Shown here: positions 13,239-25,200 of the stretch, piece after piece
How the letters are laid out: each line of letters begins with the position of its first letter
Numbering within the stretch: the first letter of the stretch is position 1
Assembly: GCF_037042905.1 (NCBI RefSeq)
Contig: NC_087245.1
Coordinates: forward strand, 22,010,001 to 22,074,000
Source of the DNA: Lytechinus pictus
Taxonomy: Eukaryota
Length of the DNA stretch: 64,000 nt
Reading direction: 5' to 3'
Notes under the pieces: generated by a model
Database searches by the model: none
What the model saw: only the letters and a program-made list of their open reading frames with translations
Told to the model about the DNA's origin: nothing
Made by a program: the position numbers and the translations under genes

Positions 13239-13669
13239 CATATGGCATGCTATTCAAGTAATCTCTTTCATCATTGCAATATTGCAATTTTCACAGGTGA
13301 TTTCTTTTTTTTTCAGAGACGGATTTAATTTTGGGATTTGTGATTGTTTTTAGTGAGCGAACCTATTGCATGATCTTAATTAGTTAATTTTCAGATATAA
13401 CACATGTCACAGATATTTCTTTCAAGAAATTCTTCCCACAAAAAAAAACAAGAAAAAAAACACACATATTACAGATATTCTCTTAAATTCGCAGGCATCC
13501 TGCTATTTTGTTATGGTTACGTAAATAGTAAAATTTGATTCAAATTCAAATTAGCCTAGCCCACTTGGACATTATTGTATCAATGCAAGAGATGTATAAG
13601 AGTAGGTAAAATAAAATGTGTACTTGGTCACACAGATACCATTACCAGAAATTTTCCACAAAGCTCCTG

Positions 13670-13824
13670 GGGCCCGTTGCATAAAACTTTTTACCAGAGA
13701 AAAGTCAGGTTGTTTTTACCGGAGTTTTTGCCCTATGTTAAAGTCAATGGCAGAAATCAGACTAACCTTAGTTTTCAGTCTTTACCAGAGTTTTCTCAGG
13801 TAAAAAGTTTTATGCTACAGGCCC
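13670..13824. mobile_element. MITE with CTG target-site duplication (Harbinger-like)
   Basis: TIRs gggcccgttgcataaaactttttacc.gagaaaa / ttttctc.ggtaaaaagttttatgctacaggccc, with CTG on both sides. Confidence 0.8.
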
Positions 13825-15469
13825 CTGTTGGTAAACAACAGGATAACGTGATGCTCGTGTCCTTCATAAACCTAATTATGGTTTTGTGAAACCCCAGCCT
13901 GGGTCTCACTGCATAATGAAATCAATACAAGCTTAATTTTTCTATTCACTTTACTGAACTGAATATACCCAAATATACCAAAATTATTGATCAAACAAAG
14001 ACACATACAGTACTTTGCTCTCAGTAAATAGAATAGCACGGTTAAACACACTGAAAGAACCATTCCAAACACAGAATATGAATTATTTCAACATCTGCCT
14101 CACCTGGGTAGAGAGAGACACTTGTGAAATAATTTCATTGCTGAATTAATCTCAGTGCTCTACAGAATGCAGCATAGATTGCATGAGGCATGCCGTGGTA
14201 ATAATGAAATCTGAGTTGCTAAAATGTGATGCTCATCACAAGGCAAAATAATTGGTCATTCAAAATCCGAGTACTGGCTAGTGGCTACAGATAACAAGTG
14301 CAAGTGCATGTACAATTACAAGGCATGAGCAAAGGATAAGTAATCAATGCATAATTTAAAAAAAATCTTATGACCATGAGGACTTTGCAGCTTTCACATA
14401 GAAATAAATTTGGCCTATAGAGTCAACTTAAATAACATTAAATAAAAGAAAGGTAGATAATCTACTCAATCTCAATCTGAGTAATTACGGCAGCCAAGCT
14501 ACAGCTGGGGTAATAATATCCAAGTCCTTTGGAAGCGCATAGAGACATTATTCATAATTGTGATATGCGCTATACAAGAACTGTTTATTATTATTATCAT
14601 TACTCAGTTGTCTATTTTCATATTTCTTTCAATTTTCACAGAACATAGAAATTTTATGTAATTTTAGTTTTCCTCTTCCCAGGAATGGAATGGGCTGAAA
14701 ATTTCAGGATACAATCTTTTCTGTAAATGTTTTTATATCCGATCACAATTTTGTTAAGATAAGATTTGCCCTTTTGTAAGAAAAATAAAAACATCGCAGA
14801 GAGAATGCACTGTACATCTAAAAGATCAACTTTCAAATTTTCAAAAAGAATTGTGGTTATAATTGGGATTCCTTGGCCACTTCTCGTATGTAAGATTTGT
14901 ATGCTATGATACCCGAGTATAATTCACATGATTGTCCCTTTTCCAAAGTTTTAAACAGGCTTTAACCTTGCCGTATTTCTGAGAATTTCAGAGGTAAACC
15001 ACTGAATGATGCTAAATCATCTTCAAGAAAATGTGACATTATTAAAGCTTAAATATGAATTTTCTACATATGCCCAATATCACACCATCTTCCCTCTATT
15101 TTAATAGCAACATGGAATGAAACAAGGTATCACCATGATCAAGTAATTATCATTTCATGTATGGAAAAGCAAAATTAAAATGCTTTCAAAATATGCATTT
15201 ACATAATATACATGACTTTTAGCATGTTGAAAATTCACAATAAATATATAAATGTAATAGAGAATTCAAATAGAGAAAGGAAAATAAACTGCCCTGTAAT
15301 ATGTTATTCTTCTTTCTTTTTGCAAATTACAAATTCAGATTTCTGATGCTAGAAGGAACGAGAGTGGCTTCAACATAAAAAAAATCATTGTGAATCCCAC
15401 CAAGTTTCTTGTTAGTAGTATGTAACATTTACATAGTGCTTAATACAATATTTCTAAGACTAAGCACTG

Positions 15470-15680
15470 CTTACCATTACCCCGGCTTCAGCACGGCTAC
15501 CCTGATCGGACACTTAAGCATTCATGGAATTTCTTCCTACCGGGTACCCATTTACTACACCTGGGTGAAGAGTAGCAAAAGTAGCCTAGCCAAATGACGC
15601 GAGTGTCAAGGTGGGATTCAGACCCCAAACATTGTGGTTTAAAGTCAGGAGGTTTATACTCTGAGCCACAACACCTCCAA
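15470..15680 (-). mobile_element. tRNA-derived SINE (diverged copy)
   Basis: Similar to the SINE at 27880-28168 (taccccggctt..., cacctgggt, degenerate A/B boxes). Confidence 0.65.
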
Positions 15681-15829
15681 TATCAGTAATCATCAGTAAT
15701 CACAATATGGTGGAATGTAGACAATGAAAAGGTTTCATGTAATGCTGTAACTTTACATTTAAGAAGAGTAATCAAAATTGAATCAATATAACCTGGTGGT
15801 AAATAGATCTTCAGGAAAATATGATTTAA

Positions 15830-16413
15830 AGGAGAATGAAACTCTTGGAGCAAGTTAGCTTTTGTGAAAGCAGAAAAATCAAAGAATAAGATCAACAAAA
15901 GTTTGAGTAAAATAGGACTAGCAATAGAAGAGTTATGAGCATTTGAATGTCGAGATCACTAATGCTATGGAGATCCTCAAATTGGCAATGCGACCAAAAT
16001 CTATGATGTCACAGATGAACAACTCTCCCCTTTTGGACACTGAAAATATACCCCAAAACATCTCTTTTTTGCTCATTCTAATCATATGACAAACGATTCA
16101 TCAATGATATAATGTTGTGAAACCTCTGTACTTGTCCTCTCATAAAGAGAACACCTCACCTTGTGATAGACTCTATAAAAGTGAGAATATAAGTGAAATA
16201 AGTACTAAAGTAATGAGGGAGTTGTACGTGCGTGACATCACAAATCTTGGTCGCATTGCCAATGGGAGGATCTACATGGCATTAGTGATCTCAATATTCA
16301 AATGCTCATAACTTTCTTATTATGCATTCAATCTTCCTCAAACTTTCAACAATATGTTTCTTTGATTTTTCTCTTTGATATGGATTCAGCTGGTTCAAGG
16401 GTTTCATTCTCCT
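15830..16413. mobile_element. Non-autonomous DNA transposon with TTAA TSD and long TIRs (Kolobok-like)
   Basis: TTAA|AGGAGAATGAAAC ... GTTTCATTCTCCT|TTAA, with ~200 bp imperfect inverted arms. Confidence 0.8.
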
Positions 16414-16757
16414 TTAAGACTGAAAGTAAATGTGTATGTATTAATTCAGTTTGAATAGCATACACTACTGTCAAGATGAGTTCACAAAAGAGTTGACATG
16501 ATGTTCCATGACTTTTTCAAAGAATCTTTTCTGAGACCACCTTCACACAACAGAGACCCCAAGAAGCCCAGTCTGATTACGACTAAATTATGAATTAGCC
16601 GTCTGAGAGAAAACAAGAGACTTTCCATGATTCTGTAAAAGGTCTTTAAAAAGAATAGAATTATCAAAGAATTCTTTTATTAATTAGTTTTGGTGTGAGT
16701 TAGTGATGGTTGAAATATGAAGAAAAGCCAGGTGCAAAGGATTAATTAGCAACTTAA

Positions 16758-17249
16758 AGGTCAAGTCCACCCCAGAAAAATGTTTATTTGAATAAATGGA
16801 GAAAAATCAAACTCTAATTCTTTTATTTTTATTGTTTGATTTATACAATATTTCATTGACAATACGGACCAACTTGAATGAACCATATAGTATTAAAACA
16901 ATGCTAATTCAACATGTTCAGGGAGGAATTAATCTTTGTTTCACTTGAAAATGAAAAAATTAGAATATTTTATATTTCATATAATAAAATACAAAAGAAA
17001 TAGTGAGTGGATGACGTTTTATATTTCATATAATAAAATACAAAAGAAATAGTGAGTGGATGACGTCATCAGTCTCATCATTTGCATACCAATCGGATGT
17101 GCATATAACTATTTTGTGAAATTAAGCAAAACTTTAAAATGTCATAAATTTCTTATTCTACATCCGATTTTGATGAAATTTTCAGAGTTATGGTTGTTAA
17201 GATTTTTCTCTTTTATTCAAATCATTTTTTGTTAGGACGGTCTTGTCCT
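16758..17249. mobile_element. Non-autonomous DNA transposon with TTAA TSD (Kolobok-like)
   Basis: TTAA|AGGTCAAGTCC ... CGGTCTTGTCCT|TTAA. Internal tandem duplication of ~48 bp at ~16968-17066. Confidence 0.7.
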
Positions 17250-19284
17250 TTAAAGCCTGGAAATTGTACTGCTACAAGTAGGACTGTATATATTGGTAAA
17301 TCCTTGATATGTTTATTTGAGCCACTTATAAACTGTTTGAATACTTTTAAAGAGGAATACCATGCAGCTAGCTCCATGGTAATATTATATTTGTCAGTAT
17401 ATTTCAAATAACTGTCCAACCATGGAGCTACTAGGCATGGTCAAACAATCTCTGTTATAGTGTTAGGTCAGTCTCTAAAACTTCCTACAACTAAACTGAA
17501 ATAAAGAAAAAAAAATCCATGAATAGTTAACAAAAATATATATTTTTCAATTAATATTTTTTCCCTGAATAATTTGTTCCAATAAATTGGTAGCAAAAGC
17601 AATGATAAGTCAAAACTTTTTAAAAAAACGCTGACATCTGACAAACATAACAGGCAGTGCAAAAAAAATGTTGAATTTTCTACATTTAAAACTGATTATT
17701 TTGTCAGAAACAGCTTCCACCATCCCAGCTTATACAGTACATGTACATCTCTATACATAAAAGAAAATGTAATATGAAAAATAGGATTGAAATTCTCTGT
17801 ATAAAAAAATATTCCAGATAAGTATAGAATATTGTCCATCCATATTGCTACAGTATTATACATAATTACAAAAATGTACATATATTACTCAACCCTATAT
17901 TACGATGTTTAACAATAATACATTGCCATCTTATAAAATATCTTATGTGATAAATTAAGTTTCTTTTTGCCAATATGTATGCATCGCAATGCCTAACCAT
18001 AGACCAGAGAGTTCATATAAGAATTATACAACACTATGCCATAGATTCGCACTGATGATCAAGGCCCAGGCATCACCGATAAGTTTATTAAATTGATAAA
18101 AATGAAATAATGGAGAGATAATGTTTTATAATGACATGATAAAACAAACCTAGCAGTCTAGAAACGCATTCGAAGCTACTCTCAAGAGTTTTTATTTTTT
18201 TAGATCAACTACCATATAATCCTCAAATAAGAACTCTTATAAATGCAAGTTCTTTGTTTCACAAATGTTTTATCAATAATTGATTCTCATATTACTTTAA
18301 CCCATAGAGACACAAATCTCTCACTAGGTCGAGTTCAATCTGCCTATGATCCTCAAATTGGCAACATTCAATGTATTACCATACTTTGAACAAAGTAAAT
18401 ATGGATATAACATGAATTAAAATTCAATATCTCAAAAAAAAGATGCTGATGTGCATTTTCAAACTTTCATTACAATGCTTATTGACATTATGAGTTAAAA
18501 GATAATAAATTTAAGTCAATCAAATGCAAATATGTTTTCTTTTGATTAATTATGATAATTTCTTACTAAAAGCAGATTCACAATACAGGGTATTGAGAAT
18601 TCTGTCATAAAGCAGTGGGAAAACAAATACACAACTTCATAACTACATGTAATGATACTATGAAGAAGAGCCACAAGTCATTTTAATATCATATCACAGA
18701 TTTAGTGTAACACTATCATCAAAATTGTTTATAAAGCCTTTCATATTAAACTAATTTCGCATTTAGGTCGTGTTGCAAGAAAATAATTGCAAGCAATTAA
18801 ATATTTCAGATGCAAATTTAGAAGTGATAAATTAATATTAAGTAAAGCAAATCGATTTATATTTCTTGATGCAAGAGAGGGACCATCAATCCATTGCAAA
18901 TTTACAATGAAGTACATGACTTTCAATCGATTTTGGGCCCTAAAATTGATTTAACTTACAATCAATCGCATGTTTTTTTTTGCAACACCCCGTTTATCCG
19001 CCAATATGAAAGATGGCCAAATTTGACTGAAACACAAGGAAAAAATGTCCTCATCCCATTTGATTTTTAATATTTAATCAGTTTTGCTAAGTCTTGTGTA
19101 CTTTTTTAAAATCCAGATTAACAAATTCCCAAAGGGTGGAACCCTTATGACAACTACATGAAATTAATACAGCTTCAATAAAGAACATCTTACTAACATG
19201 GCAAACTACTGGCTTCATCCCAGGTACAAGAATAGGTACTGACTTAAAGGCAAGTTGTGCGTATGACAATGATTCAAACATAGA

Positions 19285-22200
19285 CTATGCTTGCTCCTTT
19301 TCCAGTTTAGGCCCGATCAGATCATCATCGTCGATATGACTGGATAACCTGTCGACACTCCCATCATGCTTTGCAATAGAGTGGATGAGCTGACCAGCAA
19401 GGCAAAAGAATATGCTGCGCATGAGTGGAGAGAGGAAGAAACAAAATGATTATGAGATTTACTCAAATTTATTACCGGTAATATTCATTCAAGAATGTTT
19501 GCATTTCACCACTAAATCTGACTAAAAATCAAGTTCTGTATCAATCTATTCATGTAAGCACTTACTAATTCTAAATATACTATTAATATTTGAAGAAATC
19601 TATAAATAAAAAACTCATGCGTAACGATCTGAGACGCCCTTAACCGTTCTTGTCAATTTGTATCTTGTCAAGTTCAGTGACATGAGCTAATGAGCTCACA
19701 TTTTAAGACTCAATAAAGTTTATATTACCCCTCTACCCTACCCCCCCCCCCTGGTTCTCAATGTACTGTACATATTAATACTTTAAAAAAACAAGTGGAA
19801 CGCCTCTGGCAGTCTCGCCTGCATCACGCAATTTAATATAATAGCAGTGCTAACTTTGAAAACTTCTATAAAATAATCATTCACAAAAACATCATTCATA
19901 TAATGACATAATACCACGTTCATTGACCATAAATTACATTTGAACGGAGACTTAAGACTGTCAACTACACCCATGTCCACATTTCATTCACTCTATCCAT
20001 AAACTTTCAGAGTTAGGATGGTAATTCAACAAATACCCCCAACACGGCCAAAGTTAATTGACCTTTAATGACCTTTGACCATGGTCATGTGACCTGAAAC
20101 TCGTACAGGATGTTCAGTGATACTTGATTACTCTTATGTCCAAGTTTTATGAACTAGATCCATAAACTTTCAGAGTTAGGATGGTAATTTAACATATACC
20201 CCCAACACGGCCAAAGTTCATTGACCTTAAATGACCATTGACCATGGTCATGTGACCTGAAACTCGCACAGGATATTCAGTGGTACTTGATTAACCTAAT
20301 GTCCAAGTTTCATGAACTAAATCCATAAATTTTCAAAGTTATGATGGTAATTCAACAAATACCCCCAACTTGGCCAAAGTTCATTGACCCTAAATGACCT
20401 TTGACCTTGGTCATGTGACCTGAAACTCAGGCAGGATGTTCAGTAATACTTGATTAACCTTATGTCCAAGTTTCATGAACTAGGTCTATATACTTTCTAA
20501 GTTATGATGTCATTTCAAAAACTTAACCTTAGGTTAAGATTTGATGTTGACGCCGCCGCCGTCGCCGTCGGAAAAGCGGCGCCTATAGTCTCGCTCTGCT
20601 ATGCAGGCGAGACAATGAAATAACAAAACTGTTTAATAGTTTAAAAGAAAAGTGAGAATGTTATTTAAAGTGTGAAATACCTTAGGAAAAAATGAGTATT
20701 AAAAACTGTGAGGTAGATGAGAGTAGAAATAACCACACACAAGATCTTGGATGCAGAGATGGTGAGAGAGAGAACAAAGTCTGGAAATACCTGCTTCATG
20801 TACAGGTGACATAAAGCCAAGGTTACTCCTAAGATACCACTGCAAAACAAATTTATAAATAAAAAAAAGATGAGAAAAGGAGGTCAAAGAATTTTCACTA
20901 TCTGTTTCTAATTGTAAGCTTCACTCATAAAAAAATAGATGGATTCCAGGTGCATGCAATCAAAATTTATCCCTTTGCTATTGCAAGAACAAAAATATAT
21001 GACTTCTCACATTTCAATAATGAACTCTGTGACCTTTTGACCCCATAATCTAATCTGGGTCCTGTAACACAAAGGTAAGCAATTAATCGTATGCTTGATT
21101 TTCATGATTGATTGTACATTGAAGTCAATGCAATCAATCAGAGAAAAATGTTCTTGGATGATTGCTAGGCTTTGGGCACCAGGTCATCCTCACACAGAAG
21201 CATACATGAGCCAAGTAAGGAATTGATCACTCAAAGGGTTCTTTAGTTTTTGTCAGAAAGAGATATTTTAATGGTGAGAGAGAGAACAAAGTCTGGAAAT
21301 GCATGCTTCATAATTTACAGGTGGCATTAAGCTACAATTACTACTAGCATATCACTCCAAAACAAATAAAAAAGAAGATATCATTGTAAACAAAAGTCAA
21401 ACAAAGAATCACTCTCACATTCTAAATCTTATCTTCACTTTTACACAAATGAAATAGGAAGATTTCAAATTCAAAACATGGACAGTATTAGGTGAAAAAG
21501 AACATGTGACTAAGCAGGTCAAAACCAAGAATTAGTCACCAGGCAAGGTTCTGAGTCACATGCTAAATTAGTCAGAAGCGCTTCAGAGTCTGCTTATTTC
21601 AAAGAGGAACTCTTCCTCCACTACTCTTTTTTCGGTCAAAATAAGAAAATATGAAATATGCTATACACAAGATACAAGAATTTTATTTTATATCACTTTT
21701 TTTCTACTGAAAGTTCGAACAGATCTTGTAATTTTCCTATGATTAAAAAATTATACTTTTCATAACATATGAAATAAACAACTAAATCATTAATTATGAA
21801 TCCCAATAAATATCTTGTTTCTTTATATTGTATACAAAATAGTGATATTTATAGTTCAGTCATAATTTAGAATATATATATGTTAATGAGCAATTCTGTA
21901 TATACAGGGCAATTCCCCATAAGCAGGGCAACCAAAAAATAAAATTGTTTCATTATCATTGGGGGGGAAGGGGTAGGATTGAACTGAACAGAGAAGCTGA
22001 TGATAAATCATGTAATAACATCAAACCTATGACAGCCCTCAGACTCGGCATGCAGGGAATAAGTTTGCTTGAAAAATCTGGTTTAGCATTTTTTGTCATA
22101 AAAAAAGCTCTAAGTTCTGTACAGTCCTATGTAAAAATCTGCTCAGACAAAGTACTTGTTGGGTAGCGGTCCTTAATACATGTGTAGCATTTTGTGATGT

Positions 22201-25200
22201 GATACCAGGAAAAAAATATATTCCTGTGCCCCGTCTTACAAAGAGTTACGATTGATCTGATCAATCGCAACTATGGACGGCCAGCAATGTCAACATCTAT
22301 TATGCATGTTTGTTCAAAATATTTTCTAGCTATGATGTATATTCATGCATTCATTGTTTTCTTGAAGATTCACTGCGATTCTCTTTGCATACAAAAGACA
22401 TTGTGCAAATTTTTCGTAGAAAAAATTATGGTATGGTTGGATTTCCATAGAGTTGCGATTGATTGGATCAATCGCAACTCTTTGTGAGACGGGGCCCTGG
22501 AGTATATACACAACTGTACATGCAGTCAGGAAGGGTGGAACTACTGGAACAGCACAATAATTCATACTGCCAACATTGCCCTGTATGGCATGGGGCCTCT
22601 ATGATTCACTCATCCAATATTTCATAAATTATATCAAACTTTATTAAATTATACATCATAGAAATTTGTAGAGGAATGTTTGATTGGCATCGGCGCAGGC
22701 TGCCAATATTGCTTTACAAGGTATGGGGCCTCTATGGATCATTCAAGCAGTATCCAAATGTGAACAAAATTTATAATGCGGCTCTCTATTGGAGCTTGTC
22801 CAATCAAATTTGTGCATTTTCTTGTTAGTGCTTTGTTTCCTTAAAACAAAGTGATAGACACAGTGATGCAAAACATGCTCCTTATTAGAGCCCTTCCATC
22901 TTTATTTTTTTCTTCACTAAGTAATAGAAGAATAGTGACAAAACAATGTTGAATTATGAAATGAATTTACAATACCCTGCAGTGGCATGTTTGCCTAACA
23001 TACAAAATAGCAATCCATGCACAATATTGCAATGTAATTAATGTCAGTTAAAATTTCAATGATTGTAATACTAATCAAAGTTTTTTAAATTATAATAAAG
23101 ATCAAACACAAGGGCCCGAATTCACAAAAGTGGTTTTTAAAACCATCGGTTGAACCCATGGTTTATGCAGATTTCCTGTATAATTTACCACGTATATTAA
23201 AAAATGTCCAATGCTGATGTGCGCTTTTGTCACAGTAAACCAAATTGACACCTGTTGCTGTGGTTTACCACGGTATTTATTCAGGAGTCCACTGTTTTAA
23301 ATTAATGAGTCCACTCTTCAAACAGTGGACTCATGAATAAAATAGCGTACTTAACCATGGCAACAGGCGCCAATTTGGCGCACTGTGACAAAAGCATGTA
23401 TCAACATTGGACATATTTTTTATATATATGTATGCGGTAAATAAGCGTAATTTATACAGGAAATCTGCATAAGCCGATGGTTTCAAAATCCACCTTTGTG
23501 AATTTAGGCCAAGATGTTTTAATAAAACATAATTGACAAGTGCATTTTAAAATCACAGCAATCAATCCAACATGCCAATGCCTCACAGACAACAAATCTA
23601 ATTACTCTTGCAACTTTTCGAAATGGTTTTATTGTTTTTTCCAAAACTTTGAGGAATGGAAAATGAATAAAAGTATAAATGTATCTATGTACATAAATAA
23701 ATGTACAAAATATGTGTGTTGATTACATCAATAAAAATCATACCGTGGATAAAATGAGTGAGAGAATAATGTGGTTTGCCATATATACAACTTTAGTTTG
23801 TTCAACTCTTCTTCTTTTCCTTCAGAAATTTCTCGAAAAGTGCTCTGAGCACTCTACAAAGTGGATTTGTTGCAACATAAGCCCAATTTATTATTAGTAT
23901 TATGATACAACTCCTCAGCTAAATTAATAATTTCCCTGTTGTATTTAACTACATGTACCTTCACCAATGCTGGTTTAATCACATTCTTTTGATGCTGGTA
24001 CAGACAAGACACATAAAGATATACTTCCTATGCAATTGTAGATTTCACACTCAAACCCTATGTTGTGCAATCCCCAAAACACACAGATTTTACAGTTTTC
24101 ATGCTCTTCCGATTCATGTCCAATCAATTTTCAGAGGAAATTGCCATCATTCAATGGTTGGCTACATCACACCACATTTGGACATAATCCAGTAGTCTTT
24201 TGTTTTATGATATACAAGACGAGTTCAATAAATGATAAACATACCTCATTAGGCAGCCTACATAGAAGTGATGCATATACCAGAAGCGAAAATTGGATGA
24301 AGACATAAGATCACCTGCAGGGAATAGGATATTCAATACAATATTACAGAGTGTCAACAAAGATGTCAGCTTTGGGGGGGGGGGAATGAAACAGTAAATT
24401 TCCACTTGGTCTACACTTGATGTATCTACTTTAAATTAATCTCAACCCACATTTTTTAATCGTTCTAATCCTGGTTTGTCTATAACCAGTTCATCTACTA
24501 TCCAGAGTGGCCTAATTACTATTTTGTCTAACTTCTAGATACGCTATACTCATTTCTTTTAATACCCACAAGGTCTCACACAATTTAGACTACATGATTA
24601 GATGAACTGCCAATAAACCAAGTTTTTCACTTGACAAAGTGCACAATAAGAAGTCGATGAAAGGGAAATAATACCAACTGGGCATTTGACAAAGTGAAAA
24701 TTACACTAATTGGGCATTTGACAAAGTGGAAATTTGACCAACTGGGGATTTGACTAAGTGGAAATTAGACCAACTAGGCATTTGATTTAATGAAAATTAT
24801 ATAAACTGGACATTTGACTACATGGAAATTAGACCAACTGGGCATTTGACTAAATGGAAATTTAACAATAGGGCATTTGATTAAAAGGAAATTAGACCAA
24901 CTCAGCATTTGATTAAATGGAAATTAGACCAACTGGCATTTGACAGAGTTGAAATAATATCAACTGGATATTTGACTACATGGAAATTAGACCAACTGAG
25001 CATTTGACTAAGTGAAAATTTGACAAACTGGGCATTTGACTAAATTGAAATTTGACCAACAGTGCATTTGACTAAATGGAAACAAGACCAACTGGGCATT
25101 TGACTAAATGGAAATTAAACTAACTGGGCTGCCAGAAGGAGTTCGTAAGAACCCTTCTGGCAGCTTATGCTTCAATTTAAAGGCTGTTTTAAGCCTTTTT

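Noticed and set aside
20759-21370. Repeated intronic snoRNAs
   Set aside because: The repeat is TMEM241 exon 9 and its partial duplicate; no convincing C/D or H/ACA boxes.
24630-25128. CRISPR-like 32-bp repeats
   Set aside because: No spacers; a degenerate tandem array inside an intron.
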